From assembly GCF_006345805.1 (NCBI RefSeq), contig NC_042998.1, forward strand, positions 113,398,001 through 113,462,000: a DNA stretch of 64,000 nt. Direction: 5' to 3'. The notes beneath the pieces were generated by a model. That model was given only the letters and a program-made list of their open reading frames with translations. It did not search any database and was not told the DNA's origin. Positions 50,001 through 63,345 of the stretch are shown piece by piece (within the stretch, counting starts at the first letter, position 1; each line of letters opens with the position of its first letter). This stretch comes from Octopus sinensis. Taxonomy: Eukaryota. The translations under genes were made by a program, and so were the position numbers.

Positions 50001-51572
50001 TATATAATAATCCCAGAGACACTGATTGGATGGCCACAGTTGCAATACTTTAGAACACAAGTCTGCTGGATCAGAACTGATTTCTGTTTAAACAAGAACT
50101 GCTGATTAACTAACGGGGAAAATCACTAGATTGGCAAAAATAGCAGCCAAATTTCCCACAAATCACACATCCTACCATATTTTAAAGGAGGAAGGATACA
50201 AATGCTTAAAGTTTAAATAATAAAAAAAATTATAGAGTATGGTCAAGACTGGAATGGTTTTAATAATAGGTTTCTTTGAACAGGACTGACTCAGGGGCAA
50301 AGACAGCATAGCTTAGATTTGAAGTGTAAAGGATAATGTATCAAAAACTTAATTTTGTTAAAGGGATCCCCTAGCTTTTGATGCATGAGTGAGTGTAGCC
50401 TCTACATTGTTGCTTGATCTGTTAGAATTAATAACCAAAACTCCCTCAAATAACACCCCACTAAAAATAGCTGTGTGTTGAGAGTTTTGACAACTATTTC
50501 TAACAAGTCAAACACAGAGGCTTCTTCAGTGGCTCATTTAGAATTGTTTGGTTTTTCAGGAAAGTGAAAGTATAATTAACATAGTTCCTCACTATTTTCA
50601 ATCTTCTGACATCAACTCATCTGAGGCCATCTTCTAATATAATAAATGCAAAACCAAATTTTTGTGTGTCAGTGTGTCACACTTTTACGCCCTCTCTCAC
50701 TATTCAACAACACTTCTACTATTCCTCGTGTTGGTGTGAGAGTAATAGTAGGCATAGAGACAGTGAGGGCAGTGGCAAAGACAGAGAGAGAAAGAAATTT
50801 AGGGAGAGTTGATGATGTTTTATTAAGAGTAGTAGTGTTGATGGTGACAGTGGGAGTAATAAGAGAGAGAGAGAGAAAGAGGAAGATAATGTACAACTTT
50901 GTTTAATCATGTCTCTTTGACAGAGAAATTCCTGTCACCAACATACTGGACACTATCATTTTTGTTTTTTGCTTTCTTTAACACACACATATATATATAC
51001 ACACATGCATGTTGTCTCTTCCCCAATATTTAACATGATACTCATCTGTATAACAGTGGGTTTTATTTTTCTAATATGTAAATATTGTGTAAATGTTGAA
51101 ATTAAAAGAAACCTTCCTTCTTGGCACCTTAAGCAAAAAATGCTTTTAGTGATGGCCACACCCCATCCTTGAACTCATGTCTCATGCCAGTAGCTACACA
51201 ATGGTAAAACAAATTCCAAATTGAAAAGAAATCCCCCCTCCATCACACTACCTATCTATCTGTCTGTCTATCCATCTCCATTGTCCTGAAACCTCACCCC
51301 AAAAAACAAAAAAACCAATGTTCTCTTAAAAAAAAAAAAAAAACATGATTTATATAAATGTTAGAAGAAAGCACTAATAATAATGACTAAATAAAAAATT
51401 TTTTCCCCAAAAATTCTGGCAAGCTCCTCTTTTCTCAATATTCAATATCTGTACACCACTTCCAACACTCTATACATACACACATAAAATATACTTTAAT
51501 TGAAATAAAATTTCCCCAAAATTAAACATATAATAAATGTGAATGTCAGTGAGTCACACTTTTGCAACTTTA

Positions 51573-51766
51573 ATAAAGCACAAGGTCTCAAATTTTGGGG
51601 AAAGGGATTAAGTCAATTACATCGACCCCAGTATGTAACTAGTACTAATTTTATCGACCCCAAAAGGATGAAAAGCAAAGTCAACCTCAGCAGAATTCAA
51701 ACTCAAAACCTAACAGCAGATGAAATACTGCTAAGTATTTTATCTGGCATGCTAACAATTCTGCTA
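51573..51766 (-). mobile_element. family-A SINE flanked by a long candidate TSD
   Basis: Core CGACCCCAAAAGGATGAAAAGCAAAGTCAACC; a flanking 41-45 bp duplication at 51528-51572 and 52290-52330. Confidence 0.8.
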
Positions 51767-51771
51767 ATATA

Positions 51772-52288
51772 TCTATATATATAAAACTGTAGTTGTGTGA
51801 GTGTCTGTCTCCTACGATTTAGATTCCTAACTCCTCCCACATTTTGTGGTGCAGTTTAACCAAATTCGGGTATCTTATAGTCGTGATTAATATCGAACCC
51901 GTCTGGCTATTAGCGCGCGTCTATGATGAGTCTACGATTTAAAAAATAATTTAACATAATTTTTTATTCCATTTTAATGCATAATTTTTCGTGTGTCGAT
52001 GGCGGTGGAGTTGGCGTCCACGCTCAAACACCTGCACCTGTGTTTGCTTCTCCCCCTTCTTCTCTCCCTCGTGAAGCTGTGGGGAAGGGAGTTTAAGGAA
52101 ATCAACGTCGTAATGCGTTGTCAAGGAGACCAGTGTTCTTTTAGAACAACGACTTCATGGCTTGAAGACACCAAAACAGAAATGGCTAAGAAAGCCCGAA
52201 TTGGCATCTATAAAGGAAGTAACTCTCTAAAAATGCTTATATAGTTATTTCCCTTACAAACCCGAGCAACGCCGGGCGATACTGCTAG
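51772..52288 (+). mobile_element. non-autonomous Helitron, 517 bp
   Basis: A|TCTATATATATAAAA 5' end, 3' hairpin CCCG-AGCAACGC-CGGG (52261-52276), CTAG|T terminus, inserted between A and T with no TSD, CpG-rich. Confidence 0.88.
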
Positions 52289-54374
52289 TATATAATAAAT
52301 GTGAATGTGTGTCACACTTTTTCAACTTTACTCCTAGAGGCCATAGCCCAACATATCATACCATTTTGGAATCAGGCTGACTCTGTGAGTAAATTATCAG
52401 AATTATTAATGTGAAGGATATGAAGTCTATTCAAATCCCTACATTTTCCCTCACATAACTGAAGCTTTGTATCTCCCTAAGAAATCATTTTCACATACAA
52501 ATTCTCTCTTTAAAAATCAGTTTCCTTTTGCATATTCTTCCAGTATTTTATCTTGTCATAGTATTTCCCTGAAGTTCATGTCAAAAAAGGACCCAACAGT
52601 TTCTTTTTCTTATAGTATTGTTGTTTTATAAGGTCAGCCTTTTATTTATTAAAGGTTACTAAGTTCGATTTGAGGGAGATTTGGATATTTCTAACAGTTA
52701 GTCCACATACAGGCTTACATTGTTAGTACTGTCATTGTTGTTAGCCTTGAGTTAGATTTATTTGAGCAAACGAGGTATCAAAGGTATTCCAGCCATGATC
52801 AAATCTTTTCTCACGCACAGTACATCTGGAACCAAATTATGCAAATGCGTTTTCTTTTGAGAAAGTTTGGTGTGAATACAGAGATTTGACCACTATTGCT
52901 AGCAGGTTGAATATTTACACAGAGGCCTCCATTGTTGGTTTGTTGATAATATAATTGTTTTAGTTGGTAGTAGAACTAGCATACCCCAGACTACATAATC
53001 CAATATATCTGTCATTTTTAAAGATATTATAGAGTGATTTTAGGGAGATTTCTTAATGGGCCAAATGATTGCATAGTAAATCCTTAGATAACTTGAGGTT
53101 TTTTAAAGGGCCAGTGTTTGTCTTTGGTTTTTGCAGTTTTAAGTAAATGAGAAATGAATATCACATTGGATAAGACAGTAAACTAATGCAGGACACATTC
53201 TTTAGCGATTTAATACCTTTCCAATGAGAATACACACCACCAAAAGTACAGAGGAACAGAACTGTCACACTGAGTGTATTCACCTCACTTGCCTCTGACC
53301 CAGATACCTCCAGAATCTAAAGGCATAAAGAAATAGACTGGACGGGGGGGGGGGGGAGCAAGAGAGACAAAGACCACAATATGCCCAGATAGTTACACTG
53401 CATCACAAACAATTTAGCATCATATAGTAACATATACAGTAAAGTCCTCAGCTAAGCAGCATCCTGGCATATCTGAACATCAGGTCTGTGAGTCACACTA
53501 TGTTAGTTGGTTGACTGTGTGCTACATATCAGCTTCATCACAACAGACCCAAGACAACACAAGTGAGACAATGTAGAATGAAGTGTTCTAGTCAAAGAAA
53601 CAAGGACACACACTGAATTTGAACTTATGACCTATCAATAAGTAACCATAATACTTCCTTCTCTTGGTCATTCTATTTCTACTAGTAGAAAAATATACCT
53701 TAAAGTGAAACCTTTTCCTCACAAACTATTAACGTAACCTCAATGTTGTTCCTGAACCTGCTAGAAATAGAAGCTAAATTTCCCTCAAATCACCTATTAG
53801 TGTCTTAAGGAGAGAACACACTGGATAATGTTCCTAAAAAGATAGGATGGTTTCACTTAGAATGCTTTTGGTCACAGGTCTATTTGATGAGAATAGGCCA
53901 GTGGCTACACAACAATGGCATCAACTCTTTCTCCAGTTTGATAGCCAAGATCTACACTGGCAATATCATAATATAAATAGTATATTAGTGGTAAATTGTT
54001 TTGTTTAGTATATTTAAATATTGACAGTAATGAAAGTTATTTACAAAGAAAACAAAAAGACATTATATCCCAATATAATGTAAACTTAATTACTACAAGC
54101 GAATAAAAGATGCTTATGAATAGTGCAGCTGTTAGCAAAATCTCAATGGCAAGCCTGCAGGAGTAGCCTTTACCTGGTCACTCAACCTGTTAGTAATAAC
54201 AGCCAAAATCTTTCAAATCATCATCAAGATTATTAGCATACTTATTGCTTCTCTTGTCAGAAAGTTTCTGTGAATTGAACTAACATTATTTTTAATCTTA
54301 CAAATTTCTTCTCTTCTCACAAACAACAACTCCAGATTTCCAGACACTTTACTGCTTGGGTAATTGAGAAATAT

Positions 54375-54722
54375 TTCTGATTTAGGTACAAAGTCAGCAA
54401 TTTTGAGAAGAAGGGATTATATTGATACTAATGACTCCAGTACTTGACTGGTACATTATTTTATTGCCCCAGGAAGGATGAACAAAGATGACCTCTGCAG
54501 GATTTGAAATCAGAATGTAAATAATAATCCTTTCTATTATAGGCACAAGGCCTAATATTTGGAGGAGGGGCCTAGTCTATTATATTGACCCCCAGTGCAT
54601 AACAGGTACTTATTTCATTGACTCTGACAGGATGAAAGGCTAGTTGACCTCAGTGGAATTTGAACCCAGAACATAAGGACAGATGAAATGCCTGGTGTGC
54701 TAATGATTCTGCTAGCTCACAG
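54375..54722 (-). mobile_element. two family-A SINEs head-to-tail
   Basis: Two GGATGAA..GACCTC..ATTTGAA cores at about 54470-54510 and 54625-54670, separated by an AATAATAAT tail. Confidence 0.75.
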
Positions 54723-54739
54723 CTTAATAAAAATAGCCA

Positions 54740-55230
54740 TCATCACATTATACCTGTTTTTATTTTCCATCCAGTATGGTTTGGATGTATCCACACTACA
54801 GTATAGTCTTGCCATATGTTGCAATCTCTTATCCTCTTTATAAGGTTCAGCATTCTGAGATCACTTCCAACATCCTTTCATCAGACTCCTAATTTTGGTA
54901 GTTTGACTTTCTTCACCCAACTATCAGCCTTCATGTCCATCCATACAAGTGCAGTCTTCCCTCTTGCACATTACAGCTTAGTACTTGTTCATTTTCTTAG
55001 CTCAGCTGTGCTCTGTCATTTATACATGCTGGCATTACACAACCAATTGAGCAAGCTCACCATATTTCTTTTCAGCCCTTTCATTCAATGTCCATGTTCC
55101 ACTACCTTGTGGCATTGTGTTTTTCACAAATGTTGTATGATCTGCCTTTCACTCAGAGTGAGAAATTCTTCATTGCCAACAAAGGTAATAGTTCTGAAAC
55201 TTTACCAACACTTCCACTGCTGAAGAACAC
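54740..55230 (-). mobile_element. degenerate RTE C-terminal relic
   Basis: Resembles 44500-44960 (GCAGTCTTCCCTCTTGCAC, TCTGCCTTTCACTCAGAGTGAG, CCAACAAAGGTA). Confidence 0.65.
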
Positions 55231-56630
55231 ATTAGACAATGTCATCTTTGATTAGTAATGCCTGAGATAAAAATGGGAAGGTTATAAGTGGAACATCTTT
55301 GGTTATAGGTCTGTCAGACATCAACATTAATTTCAGTGGAGATATTTCTGTCCATGATAGCATGGTAGGAAGAGTTTTGTAGTGTTGAGCATTATCTTAT
55401 TGTTGATTAACTATTTTTACAGTTATATTTTCTAGCCTGTCCAACTTCTTAACCTTTTGAACCTGTGAGTACACTTTAGCAGGCATGATTTCGTTTGACT
55501 ATACCTTTGGGAGATGCAAAAGTGGGTGGCTACATGGTTTTGTCTTTACAGTTTGTTAATTGGTAGAAACATTATTTTCAGTTGTAAACACACAACCTTG
55601 TGGCTGCATTTTTGTGTTTTCCAATTTCATTTGTCTATAGACAAATGAAATTGCATGTACTTAAGTGTACATAAGGGTTCAAAGTGTTAATTTTGAATTA
55701 GGACTCACATCATAAAACAAAATTTCAGAAATAGTTATAGGACAAATAGTAAGGAGCTATCATTGATGCTTTTTTGGTGGGGTGGGCTTCAACTTTTTCT
55801 CCATCCAGGTTCAATGCCTATGACCTGTGTAAGGCATATCAGATACGTGATACAGACATGGTTGATGCTCAGTTTGAACAACTGTAAGTTTACTTCTGCA
55901 GGAAGAGAATTCCGGAGGATTAACATAATTGATTTGAGAGGAAATTTTTAGTGAAGGGCTGGAGTGATGAAGGCGAGAGTGATCAGAAGATTAGAGACAG
56001 ATAGGTGGAGATGATATTCATCAAAATCATGAAGGTCCACAGAGCAGTGTTTATTTCTGATTTCCATGGTGTTAAGTGGAGAATTAAATCGTCTAGATAG
56101 GTTGCAAACCTACTGCAGGTATCATCTTTTCCTATTGGCAGAATTGAACTTCCAGCAGGAAAAAATATCGGAAAAATAGCTCAGCACTGTACACTAATGA
56201 ACTATTTCATAATATTGACATTGTTTATAATGGTGAACCATATCATCCTATGGTGGATACCTACAGCTAGACACACCCAGCCATTACAAGTCTGTCTTGG
56301 TTACTGAAATGACAGTGTCTGTGACATAATTGTTAAGTAACCCTTCAACTAATTGTCTAATACCTTACTGATTTGATCTAACCATTAGTATTTGAGTCAA
56401 TATGATGGCTTAGTAATCTCTCAGTACTGTACCATAATTTTCAACTCCCTCCCATTACATCTATAAAATTATATTATGGGTCACCTAAAATTCTTTAAGA
56501 GTCCAAATTCACAAATTCAATTTAAAACAAATTTTACTTAATTCTGAGTCATATTACAAATAGCAGGGTAGTCATAATAGTGGAAAGAGTGGAGTCATAC
56601 AAAACACCTTGTAATATTTAGTGATGTTAA

Positions 56631-56843
56631 GGTGGCGAGCAGGCAGAAACACTAGCATGCTGGGCGAAATGCTTAGCGGTATTTCGTCTGTCTTTACGTT
56701 CAGAGTTCAAATTCCCCCGAGGTCAACTTTGCCTTTCATCCTTTGAGGATCGATAAATTAAGACTCAGTTGCGTACTGGGGTCGATCTAATTGACTGGTC
56801 CTCCTCCCCCAAAATTTCGGGCCTTGTGCCTAGAGTAGAAAAG
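56631..56843 (+). mobile_element. young family-A SINE with 16-bp TSD
   Basis: Full head GGTGGCGAGC..GAGTTCAAATTCC; TSD AATATTTAGTGATGTT at 56613-56628 and 56844-56859. Confidence 0.9.
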
Positions 56844-56861
56844 AATATTTAGTGATGTTCT

Positions 56862-57068
56862 AAGGCTGAGCGCTGACAGAATTGTCAGCACGTGGGGCAA
56901 AGTGCTTAGCTGCATTTCAACCATCTTTACATCCTTCATTGAAATGCTGTTGAATTTGACTTGGCCTTTCAGAGTCAATAAAATAAGTACCAGTTGAATA
57001 CTGGTGTCAATGTAACCAATTTACCCCTTCTCCTGAAATTGCTGACCTTGTGCCAAAATCTGAAACCA
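56862..57068 (+). mobile_element. older family-A SINE directly downstream
   Basis: Degenerate head, GCCTTTCA..TAAATAAGTACCAGTTG core and TTGCTGACCTTGTGCCAAAATCTGAAA tail. Confidence 0.75.
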
Positions 57069-58959
57069 GATCTAAAGTCAATTTTGCATTGCATCTCTCC
57101 AAAGTCAACGAAATATTTCCCAGTAAAGCACTGGTGATTCAATCACTATACCTCTCCTCAAAATAAGTGTGGACTTCTGTCAAAGTTAGAAATCTATAGG
57201 ACACATTGGATAATATCATCCTTGACATACTACAAATAAGTCAGGGTGATCACAGCTGGACTGCTTTGATCATTGGGGCTAAACAATAGCATATATATAT
57301 TAGAAATAATAATAGGGACATACCTTGGTTATGTTTTTGTACTTTTGAGGTATCAAAAGCCAAAATATTTAAATTTAAATAGGAGAAATACTCACTCTTA
57401 ATACTGTCATATTTATCTTCACAATTTTATTCTAGACATATAGGGAGTGAAGATAAATTCCATAGTAACTAGAGAACTTTGAAACAGATGATTATAGAAG
57501 CTAGGTAGAGTACCAACAAAGGGAAAGTAGCTACATTGAATGAGCTCAATTATTATGATTGGTCACATTGCTTCAACCTGTCAGGTTACTTAAGAGACAA
57601 AACTATTATTAAAGAGTTACAGTTAGATATTTCTATAGGACATATTTGTCACTGATTCACAATCAGTGTTTGTTTACACCCCTGAAACTTAGCAGTTTGA
57701 TAAGATAAGATTGGAGTTGACTGGACAAAGCAAAACAAACCCTTCAAGGTGGTGCCCCCAGCAGAGTCGTAGTCCAATGACTGAATAAAGTGAAAGAATA
57801 AAATAAAAGAATACATATCACACATCCTGAACCAAAGAAGCTTCTAGAGGTTTGCTAGACCTGCTAGAAATAGTAGCAAACCACCTTTGTTCCATACTCT
57901 AGTATCTTAAAGGGAAAGATAGCATTTTAAATCTGTTATTGTTAAGTTCCAAGTCTGCCAAGGATTGAGGAAACCTATGACAGAAAACATTCCAGCTGTG
58001 ATCATCCATCTTAATTCAGATATAGCAGACTGTAGTTCTAAATGTACCATGGATCTTCCGTTTTTAAAGACTGTTAGGTGTGATTTGAAGGAAATTTGAC
58101 TAGATTTCTAATAAGTGATCACGTTTTTCATGATGGTCGTGCCTTCATCACTGACACAAAAGATACCCCACTTCTAATAAAGGCAGTATGGTCATGACTT
58201 AATCCCTAAGTGTTTGATCAAAGTTTAGCTATGATTAAGCAAGAGCATTAGTTAATAAATGAGAACATAACATCTACATTATTTTAAAACTCCCTGTCAC
58301 TACTATATGATGTAGACAAATTTATACCGACATAATTGCAGTTTGGTGTCCTATTCCTCACCCCACCCCGACTATTTCCTCACGGCTTTCAGAAAAATGC
58401 ATATTTCAAATGAGATTTTGTAGAAACGTTTTCGATACAATTACGTTGATAGAATAAAAATAAAAAAAGTTTCGGACCACTTCCCGATTTTGTTTCCATA
58501 TAACTCTAGGGTGAGTTTCGGATGATTACCTACTCCAAATCTTTTTAATAAATTTAATCTGCACTATCAAAAGATGTACGTCAGCAAAATTTCATAAGAA
58601 AAAAATGTATTCTTCAGAAAGTTACGAGAAAACTCAGAATGTGGTGTGCACCAAATAACCGGCTTTAATATAATTTCCGCTCTAAGCTCATTGTGGACTT
58701 AATTATCGTAAATGCTAATGCGACCAAAACTCTAATAACTAGCCAACAATAATAAGATGGAATCTAATACGTTAAAATCTTCATAACACTGAAGAAATAG
58801 ATGCGTTAAGCACTCAATTATCGTAAACACAACACTAAATCCAAACTCCGCGGTGTGTGTGTGTGTGCTACCCCATCCGACAACTACTACGCGCTGAAAA
58901 GAACTCGGTTATCTATGTCAGTTATCGTCGTAAAAATGTGGGGATAGTTTCAGCACCAA

Positions 58960-59310
58960 ACTAAATAAAAATTCCTCACAAACCACGCCCTACCGTCTTA
59001 TTAAAGGGCACACAAGATAATCATGTCCAGAGTACAGTATTTTAGAAGAAATGACTGTATAGTCAGGACTGGAATGGCCTTTAATCATAGTTCTGTCCAC
59101 TCCATCAGGATTGACTCTTGATTAAACATTGCATGAAATCAAGGAAAAAGACTACACAGTCGCTTGATCTGCTTGAAAGAGCAGCCGGTTTTCTCTCAAG
59201 CCACACATTGAATATTGTAGTCCCGAATTAATTATTTGAAACACAAGCGGGGGATGATCTTGTCTGGATCGTTTCAATATATATGCCTTAGGGCTAAGCA
59301 ACAGCTAAAT
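58960..59310 (+). mobile_element. two tandem copies of the (AAC)n-tailed short repeat
   Basis: CCCTACCGTCTT..GACTGGAATGGCCTTTAATCATAG..GATTAAAC and TGCTTGAAAGAGCAGCC..GGGCTAAGCAACAGC. Confidence 0.6.
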
Positions 59311-59808
59311 GCTGTAGGGTGAGTGAATGCCACGTGATTCCAGACAACTGAAAAATGCATACTGAATCTAGGCTGCTACACCAACCGATCGACTATTTCC
59401 TAACAGTTGATCAGCTGCCTCTTTACTGTTTGATCAGTTCAAGCAAGATTGATAGACGTTACTCAACAGTAACAACAACAACAATACTTCTGTTAAACTT
59501 CTTTGTATCTGAAGTAAAAAGTGGAGAAATTCATAACTGGTATTTCTAAATTGACCAACATTTAACACTCATATTATTACAAATGATTCAACTAGAATCT
59601 TGCAGCATAAAATTCAGTTCCACTTTTGAGTTTATTTATATTCCTATTTGCAAACGCAGAACGTCAGTAGTTCTTCCAGATTCTACAATTTCACAGTATA
59701 TAGTACGAGCTTATAGTTATTAGTTTAAATAGAGTGCATGTCGGGGTAAGGAGAGGATAAATAACTATTTTTCATGAGGAAGTTAAAGCCTCTCAGCAAA
59801 TTATATAT

Positions 59809-59832
59809 ACATATAGGACAAAGCATCACCAT

Positions 59833-59905
<73 letters not shown>

Positions 59906-59924
59906 GGACAAAGCATCACCATTG

Positions 59925-59956
<32 letters not shown>

Positions 59957-60022
59957 GCGTACGAGCAACACACATAAACACATACATATATATACACACA
60001 TATAGGACAAAGCATCACCATT

Positions 60023-60056
<34 letters not shown>

Positions 60057-60080
60057 TATTGGACAAAGCATCACCATTGA
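59809..60080 (+). repeat. compound minisatellite: 27-bp unit x4 separated by (TA)n/(CA)n tracts
   Basis: ACATATAGGACAAAGCATCACCATTGA at 59809, 59899, 59998 and 60054 (last copy has one change). Confidence 0.9.
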
Positions 60081-62994
60081 GAAAGCAAACACTTATGCGG
60101 GCGATGAATACCAAGTGCTCCTCTCATAAATAAGATTAGTTTTAAAATGCATATAAAGATGGGTATATTATCAAGATTTAGATAAATGGTAATTAGATCT
60201 AACAGTATGCACACACAAATACATTCACAGACATAGATGTATAACACACACATATACGCAAAACGTTATTACTTCTCTCTCGTAAACAAATTATTGTTAT
60301 GAATGTCAGAAATACTGGTCATTCAGTTAAACTCCAAAACGAAAGAGAAATAAAATAGTAGCTAAGTCAGTATTTAACATATTTAATGCAGGAATTGGCG
60401 AGGGAAATGACAACATAACTATATTTGCAAAACTAAGGTGGTTGTTTAGCAACAGGTCAACCACGACAGAGTAGACCTGATTAAGAGCATTTCAATCACG
60501 ACTATCTCGTTTTTTGAAGTTAGTAAAACATTATATAACTTGCCCTTTATGCAAGGCGGTCGAGTGTGATTTGGATGTTATATTTGAATGCCAGATGGCT
60601 GCGTAGAGTGGGGTTAGCAACAGAACTTTTCTTAAAAACTTCTCAAACTTAGTGTATTTCTGGACTGAACAGTTCGTGGCTTTCATTTCTTTTTTGCATG
60701 ACTTTTGTAATTTTTGCTTACAGAGGCATGACCAGAAAATAAAAGTGGAAGTAGGGCAGGAGGTAGATGCGCGGGATATTTTTAAATGCAAGATATACAT
60801 GTGAGCTATGGGTTGATGTGATAAAAAAAAAAAAAAAAGCGGGGAATTACAAAAAGAAATTGCTGATCACTGGCATAGAAGTTCACTTGGCTCGAGCACG
60901 TTAATGTTTTTTTTGTCTCTCTCAAAAGTTAGATAGGGAAAATAAAAGCATAAGGTATCTATATACTGATTGGGATAAGAGACTTTCTAGTACTGAAACC
61001 AATATTCGCTAACAATACGTTGAAAACAAAACATTCATCTTGAAAGTATAAGTGATATCCAATATGAATCATACAGGATCGATCGAAGTTATTACTCACC
61101 ATTTTCCCGTGTATAGCACAAAATAAATTATTCCACAATATTAATCTCTTAAATAGTTCGGACTATTTTTTTTACAAATCGTAAAAGTGAAGTGTGAATT
61201 CAAGTTATATCTAAACAAGTACTTTGACACTTCCAATGATAACTAAATTAAACTGAGTTACTAATTGCGACTGAATAGAAGCGAGTTTTTTTTTTATATA
61301 AGCGTTCCTATACAAACAAGTACAGCAATAGAGGACTAATTGACGATAACAACACATGTGACATGTAGGAAGAGTGATTGTCGTATTAGTACAACTGATA
61401 AATGATTATCTTTAACTGTTGAGATTAAATATGGACTATCATTTCCATCCAACTTCTACAGTTTGTTTTTTTATGGGTAACTTTAACCCGCAGTAACTAT
61501 ATTTCGTTTGATAAGAAACTATTACTTTAGAAATAAAAGTTTTATTTCAAAAAGGAATTTACACACATGGAGATCTTTCGCTTTAGGGACGTTTAAGTGG
61601 AGATGAACCCCACCCCACCTCATCACCAATATGGGGGATGTACATAAAGTGGCCTATACATATATAGTTAAACGAAAGCGTTCTCATCACCAGTTCTATC
61701 TTTTTATATCGTAAACAATGCTGTTCAATATATCCTTCCATTATTATTATTTTTTTTTTAAAGACGGTAGGATGTGATTTGAGTGACTGCTGTTTCTAGC
61801 ATGTACGGCTTGCATTCTATTACTATTTGAGTCGAGTAAGTTCTATAAACCTACAGTATATAACTGGTACTTATTTACCAACAGTGGTATAATGAAAAGA
61901 TACAGCGAATCGAGACAGCAACTTAAGAATCAGTTGGTACTTTTTTTTCTTTTTAAAGTTCAATAGATTTAACGAAAAGATGGATTTATTTCTTTTTCAG
62001 TCTCGCAAGTTTACAATATAAACTAAAACAAATGAGCAACTAGTGTAAACAAATAAACTCCTACAAATGTCTGTCTCACAGAGTAAACCTTATAGTCAGA
62101 TGTGTACTAAATACTAAGAAAGGATATCACATGCCAGTGAGTTGAAAACTTTCGATCAACTGAGATTATCTAAGCAATTAGTAATTTAAAACTCCATCAA
62201 TGGAAAGCTGTTTAAAGATCTAAAAAACAAATATGGGAAATAAATCCAATAAGATCAGCTGATCAAAATTTTCGGCCCAGTGCTTCTGAATTGTGGTGGT
62301 AGTGCTAGCTGAGAGGATTAAACGGAGTGGACAAACTGTTTAGTTAATTTCAGACGCTTTAAAGGCAAGTACTATGGCGAAGAAAAGTATGCGGATGCAA
62401 ATTTTATTTTGTCTTCTCATAAACTAAGAGAGAGAAGGATTTAAAAAAAAAAAATTCAAAAAAAATCTGAGAGTCAAACTTAACAGATCCAAAATTTCAC
62501 TAATATTTTTAGAGCGGGGGTGGTATTTATCAGTTTGAGAACCGTTGTTTTAGACAATACAGCTTGAAATGGCCCCGGTCTTTAAAGCCAAATAGTGGCT
62601 CAACGAACGTGTTTTGGCATTACAATCCTGATATTCCACATTAACTTACCAAGTGAGTAGGTTTCACCGAGGAGGCCTGATAAGACCGAAACACATCCAG
62701 TGGTTCATCGGTTACTTTTAAGACCAGATCCACTCCAATCTACTTTCTTCAGAAATTACTATAAATTGATCTTGCTGAGTGCTTTTTAATCAACATTTTA
62801 AACATTTCTTGATGGAATTTTTGTTTTACTAATTACTTGGATAATTTTAGTTGATCGTATTGCATAGGTAAAGAATACGTTCACCACCTGTTTTCGGCGT
62901 AACAAACATCCTAACCCTAAACACCGAGTGTACGTATTCTTTACTGTATATATATATACATACATACACACACATTAACGAGAGAACCCCTAAG

Positions 62995-63345
62995 TGGTCG
63001 TTCAGCTTGCTAGAAATAGCTGTCAAATCACCCACAACTCACATCCTACAATCTTAAACTAGGGAACACAGAAGCCTCTTTGTGGAGGCTCATCCTGTTA
63101 GAAATAACAGCCAAATATTCATATTAAAACCAAAATTCGGACACGTTGTACAATATAATTTTGGATGTGTATAAAAACAGAATAGCTGGAACTGCAACGT
63201 CATTGATCTTAAATCTTGAATAGAACTGACAGGAGGTTCACTCTAACGTAGATTCGCTCTAAAAAGACTATATCATCATTTTAGAAATAATACCTTTGAT
63301 CATGGGTCTGCTCGATCACAGTTGACTTGGGGCTGGCTAAACGAC
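62995..63345 (+). mobile_element. (AAC)n-tailed short repeat copies
   Basis: GTGGTCGTTCAGCTTGCTAGAAATAGCTGTCAAATC...; CCTTTGATCATGGGTCTGCTCGATCACAGTTGACTTGGGG..TAAACGAC. Confidence 0.65.

Noticed and set aside
58290-58840. CpG-containing segment resembling a DNA-transposon interior
   Set aside because: I could not identify TIRs, a TSD or coding remnants.
59809-60080. CRISPR array
   Set aside because: Eukaryotic context, spacers are simple dinucleotide repeats of unequal length, and there are no cas genes.
62664-62695. CCTGATAAGACCGAAAC minimal-hammerhead-like string
   Set aside because: The core lacks G8 (CTGATAA), and no stem III/NUH or stem I partner was found.
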